Positions 11,301-18,561 are shown, counted from the first letter of the stretch. The stretch: 32,000 nt of DNA from Clostridia bacterium (GCA_045617125.1 JAZLIA010000103.1:11559-43558); one strand, 5' to 3'. Program-made: numbers and translations. The notes: generated from the letters alone by a model not told the origin.

Positions 11301-11745
11301 AAGCAAGCACATTCACAGCCGCTCTGCTTTTGCATAAACCGATGCTCAGGCTCTTCTCTCCGGAAAGGCGGAACCATTCCGTATATCCAGTCTTCTCAAA
11401 GGAAGGAAGGACATCGCTGTCTTTTCCGTAGCGCGTCATATTATACTTTTCATTGCTGATTTGAAGCCGGTAGCTTCCTTCCTCCACAGCATCAAAACAG
11501 AAAAGCCCGTCATTGACAGTGTTCATTCTTTGGACCCTGACAATCTCTCCTTCTTCATTCCGGGTCTGCAGAGTGACCGTCACTCCGGATAATGCCGACT
11601 CGTCTTCATCACGCACACCGTCTTCATTGTTGTCAAACCATACTGCACCGCTAACGATATTCTCCTCTGCAAGAGCAGGCAGAATCGCGGACATTGCCAT
11701 GGCAAGGCACAGAAGCAAGATCACCTTCACAATCTGTTTACGCAT
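8317..11745 (-). CDS. Large secreted protein (1142 aa) with about 9 tandem SdrD-B/Cna-B-like (prealbumin-fold) repeats
   Basis: Signal peptide: MRKQIVKVILLLCLAMAMSAILPALA/EE. Recurrent modules follow the pattern G[VI].V.L......V....TD..G.Y.F..[IL].PG.Y.[LV], for example TDENGHYAFDRIQGGDYELTV, TDENGSYAFRHVFPGTYSVRF and TDEYGHYEFTNLYPGVYTMRV. Some modules are preceded by D.N.DG..D calcium-loop-like segments such as WFDNNEDGVRDEDE and YADRDNNGAREN. There is no LPXTG, no C-terminal TM segment and no choline/SLH-type anchor. RBS GGAGG lies 5 nt upstream. Confidence 0.85.
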   Translation of the reverse strand: MRKQIVKVILLLCLAMAMSAILPALAEENIVSGAVWFDNNEDGVRDEDESALSGVTVTLQTRNEEGEIVRVQRMNTVNDGLFCFDAVEEGSYRLQISNEKYNMTRYGKDSDVLPSFEKTGYTEWFRLSGEKSLSIGLCKSRAAVNVLAFCDENQNGGRANDERLVKNVRFTLVCDVDGEEYEVTTVKTTDSADNIERIMGITPGTYRFRVELPNNYIVGPIGKKMSYYYNCFLPVDASVVYSVPFEVTGETSLGIGLGLVQSGSLEGMVWYEKDDNGLEGAEIRLYSPLMDLTRTTVTDENGHYAFDRIQGGDYELTVKLPDGTMFADWNSAITASNTSEGTLLTKVKVGKTAQVDPVGAQKANSLAFEFYYSDGMNLTGSNSIEIDNLDICAFDEKVYVNIIETDGNTSAVIESEYGVALADALRLGNIYYSLEWPENYCCILNNNGENTILERGERILTDIGTENEAVQVILCEDTAVSGIVYADRDNNGARENGDASMNGVTVQLVASSGDVIAEAVTDENGSYAFRHVFPGTYSVRFLLENPYIAAPFSGNENKIVNQNNEYGETEEFRLMPGDQIQDVDGGLFMAGCVCGNIVMNDPLKGRIGSGVPGVRATLVKEDGTEVSDFSFDVTDEDGSYTINGILPGTYKVRYTSEKNAVFTDPATGDGELMSETFNIQMADVIELPEVGAVLTGSLSGKVLSDEQFGGVTVTLTGHTNNSIYSTEAVNGSFNIENILPDDYSVYFELPDGYVFGYKSESPARAENGNRISSDITVGIDEHIDQCVVEAVKPIRTEGYVYLDCNVSGDPADPENLPYSGLKVDMLYNGETVVSTVTDAEGKYWFDNIIPANYMLVLGLDEDMVLSSSNGNAYFTENDEERISIGIIRYAKIHGCVWNMDQTLNHVQDINVSLYRDAELSELVGSTVTNQDGSFIFEKLMPGDYYLEAELPQGYLFARENDLQERNSMIISSGYNAVSCAVQVGMGETVTGCDIGIGAMGSIGDFAWLDESRNGLQDIGEKQVPGIRVELYQYGEFVCETFTDEYGHYEFTNLYPGVYTMRVTMPGELDITSYNTQFPLINNVLTYSEGDTAEGEVIVPSGGENLACDIGFVCRKDGVYTDEMTDLPTVDWSYNGTKKYVTD

Positions 11746-12316
11746 TGAAACCTCCGATTGCTTTAATCATATAATAAATGCCTGCACTGAATGTCAGACA
11801 TACACCTGCACAGATCAGGATCAGATAGAGCGGGAAACCGACCGCGTCGAAATAATCGCTGAAAAATGAAGTGATCAACGCGGTAACGACCGTAGCCTGC
11901 GCGACCTTCCCGATCCATTTGCTGAAAACAACAATCTTTTTCTTCAGCATGATCAACCCGCCAACAACCATGGTGGTCTCTTTCAAAAGAATAAGTCCGA
12001 GGGCAACGGTGAAAAGAGTGTTCCTGATGTATAATGTCAATGACAGCATCACGCTGATCACCATCAGTTTATCCGCCAGCGGATCCGCCAACTTGCCAAA
12101 GTCGGTGATCAGATTATATTTTCTGGCAATATACCCGTCTGCAATATCTGTAAGGCTCGCCACGGCAAATATCAGAAGCGCAATCAGATGAAAATTGTAA
12201 GACCCGTCCGACGGATGTGAAAATTCAAACAAACACCAGTATACGGGTAAAAGAGTAATCCGGAAACAAGTGAGTACATTCGGTACATTCAGATTTTTCT
12301 GTTTGTTTTTCACCAT
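11738..12316 (-). CDS. pgsA: CDP-diacylglycerol--glycerol-3-phosphate 3-phosphatidyltransferase
   Basis: The CDP-alcohol phosphatidyltransferase motif DG-x2-AR-x8-G-x3-D-x3-D is present as DGYIARKYNLITDFGKLADPLADK, in a multi-TM protein. The start is set at the ATG (MVKNKQ) preceded by GGAGG. The stop overlaps the start of the next gene by 8 nt. Confidence 0.88.
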   Translation of the reverse strand: MVKNKQKNLNVPNVLTCFRITLLPVYWCLFEFSHPSDGSYNFHLIALLIFAVASLTDIADGYIARKYNLITDFGKLADPLADKLMVISVMLSLTLYIRNTLFTVALGLILLKETTMVVGGLIMLKKKIVVFSKWIGKVAQATVVTALITSFFSDYFDAVGFPLYLILICAGVCLTFSAGIYYMIKAIGGFNA

Positions 12317-12342
12317 GAAAATACCTCCGTATATACGCATTG

Positions 12343-12371
12343 ATTATATCATCCGCAGGATTCTATTTCAA
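12343..12371 (-). promoter_or_regulatory. Consensus sigma-A promoter for the pgsA unit
   Basis: On the minus strand the -35 is TTGAAA (12371-12366), followed by a 17-nt spacer and a -10 of TATAAT (12348-12343), about 27 nt upstream of the pgsA ATG. Confidence 0.65.
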
Positions 12372-12454
12372 CCGTTTTTTCTTATCGGCTTATTATCGGA
12401 CGCATAGCGCGTAAAGCAAACACCCCTATTCCTTCATCTGCAATTTATTGATAG

Positions 12455-12494
12455 AAAAAGTACCGGAGCAGAACACACTGTTTCCCCTCCGGTA
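12455..12494 (-). terminator. Rho-independent terminator after the GH5 gene
   Basis: An 8-bp stem pairs TACCGGAG (12461-12468) with CTCCGGTA (12487-12494). On the minus strand it is followed by CTTTTTC. Confidence 0.7.
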
Positions 12495-12568
12495 TTATTC
12501 CTTCCCTATCCCGGAAATACGCTGCTTCAAGGCATTCGTTTCTTTTTCCGGTCAAAAACGTATCTTGC

Positions 12569-13582
12569 TCATTTCTTTTCCGCAAACAGATGCTTCATCT
12601 GCTTTCCAAGAAGGTCAAAATCCATTTTCTTGTAGCTCCATGCAGCATGACCGATCCCATATTGATCAAAAGCCTCATGTATTGCCCTGTACCAGGCTTC
12701 AGCATCTTCCCTGGAAGCATGTTCGATCACGCCATATTCACCGCAGTACAGGCTGGTGCCTTCAGCTTCGGCCTTTCTGACAGCTTCTTCAAACAGGCGC
12801 ATAAAGTAAGCGGCGCCAAGCTTCTGAATATGCTGATCCTCAGGAAATCCGTGAATAATATCCGGAAAAAGCTTCCGGTAAAGCTCTGACATTTCTCCTT
12901 CCGTGCAGTCAAAAGAACATCTGAAATCGTTCGGCATCCCTTTCACCCAGTATGCACCCTGATGTGTGAACACAAGAGGTTCGTAGCAGTGAAAATTATA
13001 AATAACATGCCGGTCATGAGGTGGAAGCAGGTCCTTCACCGCATCAACGGAATTATTCCAATAACCGCCCACCAGAATGTTGATATCCGGGCAGATCTTT
13101 CTGATCCTGCATATACACTCTTCTGCAATACGGTTCCATGTATCAGAACAGGCCGGATCCGTCACTTCATTCAGCAATTCAAAGGAAAGCATCTCACTGA
13201 AGCAGCCAAATCGCTGCGCGAACTGCTCCCAAAGGCGATAGAAGCGTTCCTGATAATCTGCATTGTCAAAAAAACCGGATTGATGCTCTCCTTCGTCAAA
13301 GGAATAGCCATAGGTCTTATGCAGGTCCAGGATCATATTGAGACCGTATTTTCTGCAGCAGGCAATGCATCCTGCGATCCTTTCAAACCCGCTTTCGATA
13401 TACTCGCCCTCTTCGGTTTCCACCAGGTTATAATCTACCGGGACACGCACATGATCCAGCCCCCAACCGGATAATTCAACAAAATCCGCTTCAGTGATAA
13501 AGGTGTCATAATGCTCCTGCGTATATTCACACTGTGAAAACCATCCTCCAAGATTGACACCCTTCATATATCCTGAAAACAT
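12569..13582 (-). CDS. Glycoside hydrolase family 5 (cellulase-superfamily beta-glycanase), no signal peptide
   Basis: 337 aa. The N-terminus has GVNLGGWF. The acid/base motif is FELLNEV and the nucleophile context is YCGEYG. RBS GGGGGG lies 8 nt upstream of the ATG. Confidence 0.85.
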   Translation of the reverse strand: MFSGYMKGVNLGGWFSQCEYTQEHYDTFITEADFVELSGWGLDHVRVPVDYNLVETEEGEYIESGFERIAGCIACCRKYGLNMILDLHKTYGYSFDEGEHQSGFFDNADYQERFYRLWEQFAQRFGCFSEMLSFELLNEVTDPACSDTWNRIAEECICRIRKICPDINILVGGYWNNSVDAVKDLLPPHDRHVIYNFHCYEPLVFTHQGAYWVKGMPNDFRCSFDCTEGEMSELYRKLFPDIIHGFPEDQHIQKLGAAYFMRLFEEAVRKAEAEGTSLYCGEYGVIEHASREDAEAWYRAIHEAFDQYGIGHAAWSYKKMDFDLLGKQMKHLFAEKK

Positions 13583-13619
13583 CCGTATTGCCCCCCTTGC
13601 ATCTCATTAATCTTGTATT

Positions 13620-13648
13620 ATTATAAGTGATGTTCTTTTTTTTCGCAA
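13620..13648 (-). promoter_or_regulatory. sigma-A promoter for the GH5 gene
   Basis: On the minus strand the -35 is TTGCGA (13648-13643), followed by a 17-nt spacer and a -10 of TATAAT (13625-13620). Confidence 0.6.
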
Positions 13649-13680
13649 CTGATTTATCCCATCTGTCCGTAATCTTTGAA

Positions 13681-13709
13681 TTGAAAAACTTACATGTTTT
13701 GGATATAAT
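13681..13709 (+). promoter_or_regulatory. Consensus sigma-A promoter for the ABC exporter gene
   Basis: The -35 is TTGAAA (13681-13686), followed by a 17-nt spacer and a -10 of TATAAT (13704-13709). GGAGG at 13728-13732 lies 8 nt before the ATG at 13741. Confidence 0.65.
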
Positions 13710-13740
13710 ATAATCAATCTGTATTATGGAGGTGTTTTGA

Positions 13741-15591
13741 ATGCCTATGCCCGGAGGGATGGGGGGACGCGGTCCCCGCGGTTTTCTCACTGATGAAGAG
13801 AAAGAAAACATGCCAAAGGTTACCAAGGAACTGCTCCTGCGCATATTTTCATATCTGAGGCCCTATCTGTTTCAGTTTCTGTTTGTTTTTATCGCTATCA
13901 TCCTGGCAGCTGTAATTGGTCTTCTTCCTTCCGTGATCACCGGAAAAATCGTTGATGAAGCCCTTCAGAAAGCTGACTGGTATAAGCTGGTCCGTCTGCT
14001 TCTGGCTGCGCTGGCAACTCTGACCGCATCACAGGTAATCGGAGTGCTGGAAAGCTACATCAATGCCTGGATCAGCCAGCATATCATTTATGATATGAAA
14101 AATCAGATGTACGATCATCTGCAGCATATGCCTCATGCTTTCTTCACCACTGAAAAACAGGGAGACATCATCACAAGGATGAACAGCGATATCAGTGGTG
14201 TCAGTTCCGTCATTTCAGGCACGCTTTCTTCCATTGTAAGTAATATTGCCACCGTAGTCACTACGCTCGTTGCCCTGTTCACAATGAGTTGGCAGCTTGC
14301 GCTCGTAGGCATCGTGATCATTCCTCTCCTCATCCTGCCCACAAAATCCGTGGGCAAGACCCGCTGGAAACTGCTCACGGAAAGCCAGGCCAAAAACGAC
14401 GAAATGAACCAGCTGGTCAACGAAACGCTTTCTGTTTCCGGTTCAATGCTGGTAAAGCTTTTTGCGAGGGAAGAAAAGGAACTGGATCGGTTTGTGAGTG
14501 TAAACGGTGAAGTGACCCGCCTTGCCATGAAAGAACAGCGCAGTGGTAAATGGTTCGGAGTGATCATGGGGATCTTCACCAACATCGGGCCCCTGCTCAT
14601 TTACCTTGCCGGCGGTTATTTCATGATCAGGATGAATGATCCGGCCATCTCCATCGGTGTGATCACAGCAACGATCGCTCTGATCAATCGGCTGTATCGC
14701 CCGGTTCAAAGTCTGCTCAACATCTCTGTGGATTTCACCCGTTCCCTTGCTCTGTTCACAAGGATCTTTGATTATTTCGACAAGGAGATCACCATCAAGA
14801 GCAAGCCGAATGCTGTGACTCCCGTAATCAAAAATAAAGATATCGTTTTCAACCATGTATCCTTTTCCTACGAACAGGATCATCCTCTTCTTACAGACAT
14901 TGATTTCATCGTGCCCGGAGGAAAAATGTATGCTATCGTCGGGCCCAGCGGAAGCGGTAAATCCACCGTTGTGAACCTGATCCCCCGGCTTTATGATGTG
15001 ATCGGAGGCAGTGTTTCCGTGGGTGGTGTGGACGTACGGGATATCGATTTAGGATATCTTCGCGATAATATCGGTGTTGTAACACAGGATACATACCTTT
15101 TCAACGGAACGATCCGTGAAAACCTTCTGTATGCAAAAGAAGATGCAACACAGGAAGAAATCGAAAACGCCTGCAGGATCGCCAGCATTCACGATTTTAT
15201 CGTTTCCCAGCCTGACGGTTATGACACCATGGTCGGCAACCGCGGTCTGAAGCTGTCCGGCGGTGAAAAGCAACGCATCTCCATTGCCCGGGTCATTCTT
15301 AAAAATCCTAACATCCTAATTCTGGATGAAGCAACCTCTGCTTTGGATTCCATTTCTGAAAATGCCATACAGGATGCTTTGGACAACATGATGAAGGGCC
15401 GCACCAGCATCGTGATCGCTCACCGCCTGTCAACGATCCTGAAAGCGGATGCGATCATGGTCGTCAAAGATGGTGTTATTGCAGAAAAGGGAACCCATGA
15501 TGAGCTGCTTGCCAGGGAAGGGGTTTACCGCGATCTGTATGAAACTCAGTTCCGTAAGGTTCTGGAAATGGAAGCTGATAAAAACGAATAG
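13741..15591 (+). CDS. ABC transporter, fused permease/ATP-binding exporter (MsbA/ABCB-like half transporter)
   Basis: 616 aa. An N-terminal 6-TM exporter domain is followed by Walker A GPSGSGKST, signature LSGGEKQR, Walker B ILILDEATSALD and H-loop IAHRLST. Confidence 0.93.
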   Translation: MPMPGGMGGRGPRGFLTDEEKENMPKVTKELLLRIFSYLRPYLFQFLFVFIAIILAAVIGLLPSVITGKIVDEALQKADWYKLVRLLLAALATLTASQVIGVLESYINAWISQHIIYDMKNQMYDHLQHMPHAFFTTEKQGDIITRMNSDISGVSSVISGTLSSIVSNIATVVTTLVALFTMSWQLALVGIVIIPLLILPTKSVGKTRWKLLTESQAKNDEMNQLVNETLSVSGSMLVKLFAREEKELDRFVSVNGEVTRLAMKEQRSGKWFGVIMGIFTNIGPLLIYLAGGYFMIRMNDPAISIGVITATIALINRLYRPVQSLLNISVDFTRSLALFTRIFDYFDKEITIKSKPNAVTPVIKNKDIVFNHVSFSYEQDHPLLTDIDFIVPGGKMYAIVGPSGSGKSTVVNLIPRLYDVIGGSVSVGGVDVRDIDLGYLRDNIGVVTQDTYLFNGTIRENLLYAKEDATQEEIENACRIASIHDFIVSQPDGYDTMVGNRGLKLSGGEKQRISIARVILKNPNILILDEATSALDSISENAIQDALDNMMKGRTSIVIAHRLSTILKADAIMVVKDGVIAEKGTHDELLAREGVYRDLYETQFRKVLEMEADKNE

Positions 15592-15601
15592 CATTCATTC
15601 A

Positions 15602-15635
15602 AACACGCTGTTTTTCCAGGCAGCGTGTTCTTTTC
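15602..15635 (+). terminator. Rho-independent terminator after the ABC exporter
   Basis: A 9-bp stem pairs AACACGCTG (15602-15610) with CAGCGTGTT (15621-15629), followed by CTTTTC. Confidence 0.75.
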
Positions 15636-15690
15636 AGACGGACACAATGTGACCTGTTTCTTAAGCAACAGCGTTCCTTTTTGATTATAG

Positions 15691-15719
15691 TTGCAAAGCA
15701 CACGGGTTTATGGTATCAT
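15691..15719 (+). promoter_or_regulatory. sigma-A promoter (extended -10) for the GH94 gene
   Basis: The -35 is TTGCAA (15691-15696), followed by a 17-nt spacer ending in TGG and a -10 of TATCAT (15714-15719). Confidence 0.6.
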
Positions 15720-15769
15720 TTTCACGAATAAACGGTGAATAATCATTGTTTTGAATAAGGGGGTTCTCT

Positions 15770-18154
15770 ATGAAGTACGGTCATTTTGACAGTGAAAAAC
15801 GCGAATATGTGATCACGGATCCGCGCACTCCCATGCCCTGGGCCAATTATCTTGGTTCTCCGGCCTACGGAGCCATCATCACCCAGAACGCGGGTGGATA
15901 CAGCTTTGTTCGTTCCGGTGCAGCCGGAAGGATCCTTCGCTACACCTTTAACCAGTTTGATGAACCCGGACGTTATATCTATCTTCAGGATGCCGAAGAC
16001 GGAGACTACTGGTCTGCTTCATGGCGTCCGGTCGAAAAGGAACTCGACCAATACCACACAGTGTGCAGACACGGTACTTCCTACACTGAAATCGAGAGCA
16101 CCTATCGGGATATTGAAAGCAAGGCGCTTTATTATGTACCTCTTGGAGCAGAGCATGAAGTGTGGCGTCTCAAAGTCCGGAACAGCGGCGATAAGGCCCG
16201 CACACTGAGAGTTTTCGGTTATTGCGAGTTTACAAACGAGTCCTTCTATACGCAGGATCTCGTCAACATGCAGTATACTCATTTTATCACCCGCACCGAT
16301 TTCATTAAGGATCATATCCTTCAGCATATCAATGAATATTGCCATGTCAATGAAAAGGGAGAAAACGGAAGCGAACGTTTCTTCGGTCTGGCAGGCATTC
16401 CCGTTGCTTCCTACACCGGAAGGAGAGACCGTTTCCTCGGTGTGAACCGTTTCCGTAATCCTCAGGCTTTGCTGAATGGAAAATGTGATAATTCCCTCAA
16501 CTACAATGGAAATGGCTGCGGGGCACTGCAGGCAGAAATGACGCTCGCCCCCGGAGAAGAGAAAACTGTTGCCTTTATGCTTGGACAGAAAACCGAAAGC
16601 GAAGTCCGGAAGGTGCTGGATCATTATGCCGACACAGAAGCGGTAACAGACAGCGAGTTCCAGGTTCTGAAAGATTACTGGCACGCAAAGCTCATGAATT
16701 TCAAAGTCAACACACCGGATGAGCGTTTCAACGAAATGGTCAACACCTGGAATGCATTCCAGTGCTTTACCACCTTTGTATGGAGCCGCGCAGCTTCTCT
16801 GATCTATTGCGGCGAACGTAATGGTTATGGCTACCGTGATACGGTTCAAGATATTCAGGGCATCATTCATCTGGACCCTGCAATGGCAAAGGAACGCATT
16901 TCTTTCATGCTCTCTGCCCAGGTGCATCATGGCGGCGGTCTTCCTTTGGTAAAATTCACGCATAACGCAGGTCACGAAGATACGCCTGAACAGGAAAGCT
17001 ATGTACGTGAAACCGGTCACCCTGCTTACCGTGCTGATGACGCCATGTGGCTGTTCCCCACCGTTTACAAGTATATTTCTGAAACCGGTGATATTGGATA
17101 TCTGAACGAGATCATTCCCTTTGCCGACAGGGATGAAGGCACAGTATATGAGCATCTCAAACGGGCTATCAATTTCACTCTGGATCATCTCGGCAATCAT
17201 GGCATGCCTGCCGGCCTCCATGCTGATTGGAACGACTGTCTCAAACTGGGGGCTCAGGGTGAAAGCAGCTTTGTGGCATTCCAGTTCTATTATGCCCTCA
17301 CGATCATGGCTGGTTTTGCTCCTGAAAATGAAAAGGCCTACTATCTTGAAAAAGCACAGGATCAGCTCGAAAAGATCAACCGCTACTTCTGGGAAAATGA
17401 CCGTTTCATGAGAGGCTACCGTGAAGATGGCACTGTGATCGGAAGCAAGCAGGATCCGGAAGCAAGTATGTGGCTCAATCCCCAATCCTGGGCTGTTATC
17501 AGCGGCGCTGCAACAAAAGAGCAGGGCAATACGATCCTTGATACTGCTGAAAAACTGCTCAACACCCCCAACGGTCTTGAACTGATGGCACCCTGTTATC
17601 GTTATCACGCTTTTGACGGAGCTGCAATGATCCTGTTCAATCCCACCACCAAGGAAAACGGAAGCATCTTCTGTCAGTCACAAGGATGGATCATACTGGC
17701 TGAAGCCCTCAGCGGGCATGGGAACCGTGCTTTCAAATACTTTGCTGAATCCTGCCCTGCTTCCTATAACGATCGGGCTGAGATTCGTGAAGCAGAGCCC
17801 TATGTTCACACACAGTTTATCGAGGGCCATGAAACACCTCAGCCTGGCCGTGCCCATGTTCATTGGCTCACCGGCACAGCAAGCACAGTCATGGTAAGCT
17901 GTGTAGAGGGAATTCTGGGCATGCGTCCCACTCCCTCGGGCCTGAAAATCGATCCTGCCATTCCGTCTGAATGGGGTGAATTGACTATTGATAAATCTTT
18001 TCGCGGTTCCATGCTCCATATCGTAATCAAAAATCCCAGCCATCATGAGAGCGGTGTGACTGGAATGACCCTAAACGGGAAGGAGCTTTCCGGCAGCTTC
18101 ATTGATGCCAAAGATCTTCTCCTGGGAGATAATCAGATAACAGTACTCCTGTGA
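15770..18154 (+). CDS. GH94 glycoside phosphorylase (cellobiose/chitobiose/cellobionate-phosphorylase-like)
   Basis: 794 aa. The N-terminus MKYGHFD..REYVITDPRTP.PW.NYLG is present. The motifs GYGYRDTVQD, ADWNDCLKLG, QSQGW and the C-terminal GLKIDPAIP...FRGS match the cellobiose phosphorylase architecture as I remember it. Substrate cannot be assigned from sequence alone. Confidence 0.9.
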   Translation: MKYGHFDSEKREYVITDPRTPMPWANYLGSPAYGAIITQNAGGYSFVRSGAAGRILRYTFNQFDEPGRYIYLQDAEDGDYWSASWRPVEKELDQYHTVCRHGTSYTEIESTYRDIESKALYYVPLGAEHEVWRLKVRNSGDKARTLRVFGYCEFTNESFYTQDLVNMQYTHFITRTDFIKDHILQHINEYCHVNEKGENGSERFFGLAGIPVASYTGRRDRFLGVNRFRNPQALLNGKCDNSLNYNGNGCGALQAEMTLAPGEEKTVAFMLGQKTESEVRKVLDHYADTEAVTDSEFQVLKDYWHAKLMNFKVNTPDERFNEMVNTWNAFQCFTTFVWSRAASLIYCGERNGYGYRDTVQDIQGIIHLDPAMAKERISFMLSAQVHHGGGLPLVKFTHNAGHEDTPEQESYVRETGHPAYRADDAMWLFPTVYKYISETGDIGYLNEIIPFADRDEGTVYEHLKRAINFTLDHLGNHGMPAGLHADWNDCLKLGAQGESSFVAFQFYYALTIMAGFAPENEKAYYLEKAQDQLEKINRYFWENDRFMRGYREDGTVIGSKQDPEASMWLNPQSWAVISGAATKEQGNTILDTAEKLLNTPNGLELMAPCYRYHAFDGAAMILFNPTTKENGSIFCQSQGWIILAEALSGHGNRAFKYFAESCPASYNDRAEIREAEPYVHTQFIEGHETPQPGRAHVHWLTGTASTVMVSCVEGILGMRPTPSGLKIDPAIPSEWGELTIDKSFRGSMLHIVIKNPSHHESGVTGMTLNGKELSGSFIDAKDLLLGDNQITVLL

Positions 18155-18245
18155 TCCAGGATCATTCTTCAGTAAAATACTCCTCTCACCGATTTGAGAG
18201 AGCAACTTCAAAAGGCTCCGGGATTAGCTGATTGATCAAATAATA

Positions 18246-18305
18246 AGCTTGATCATAACTCATTTAGACAAATCCTGACGATGATTATGATCAAGCTTTT
18301 TATAT
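18246..18305 (+). terminator. Long-loop inverted repeat; probable terminator of the GH94 gene
   Basis: A perfect 14-bp inverted repeat pairs AAGCTTGATCATAA (18246-18259) with TTATGATCAAGCTT (18286-18299) around a 26-nt loop. It is followed by TTATATAGCTTTTTATATA. The long loop and broken U-tract make the call tentative. Confidence 0.45.
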
Positions 18306-18532
18306 AGCTTTTTATATACAGTGTTTTCCTGTGAAGTATTGCTGTTTTCATGATGAAGGTGAAATGTGGTTTTCTACACTTCGAACCCCTCCATCGCAGT
18401 GTTGCTTACATGTATACATTTGACGTTTGATTTTGGGTATCCTTTGTTTTTATTGTTACAATTTTATGAATTCTCTTGGGTCGACTGAATAGTTTCGAAT
18501 AATGTTATAAATATCAATTTTAAGCAAATGTA

Positions 18533-18561
18533 TTGACAACATGCTGATAACGTGTTAATAT
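18533..18561 (+). promoter_or_regulatory. sigma-A promoter for the GH43 gene
   Basis: The -35 is TTGACA (18533-18538), followed by a 17-nt spacer and a -10 of TAATAT (18556-18561). The predicted 5' UTR is about 80 nt. Confidence 0.6.

Noticed and set aside
12511-12551. Imperfect hairpin CCGGAAATACG...CGTTTCTTTTTCCGG just after the GH5 stop
   Set aside because: The stem is interrupted and is not followed by a U-tract on the minus strand. The cleaner hairpin at 12461-12494 is the better terminator candidate.
13654-13662. DnaA-box-like TTATCCCAT in the divergent promoter region
   Set aside because: It has three mismatches to TTATCCACA in the 3' half, occurs as a single copy, has no AT-rich unwinding element cluster, and has no dnaA/dnaN nearby.
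16019-17608. 529-aa minus-strand ORF opposite the GH94 gene, and similar ORFs at 21105-22178, 24087-25796, 7288-8070 and 30161-30940
   Set aside because: They are codon-aligned antisense shadows, with frame offsets that are multiples of 3. They have no RBS, odd composition (rich in I/F/H/C/G) and no recognisable domains. The sense-strand proteins all carry clear family motifs.
18380-18387. TTCGAACC (reverse complement GGTTCGAA, tRNA T-loop-like) in the long AT-rich spacer; possible tRNA remnant or att site
   Set aside because: The flanking bases cannot form a T-stem (AGGGG versus TGTAG), and no acceptor or anticodon arm is present. An 8-mer match is expected by chance in 64 kb of two-strand sequence.
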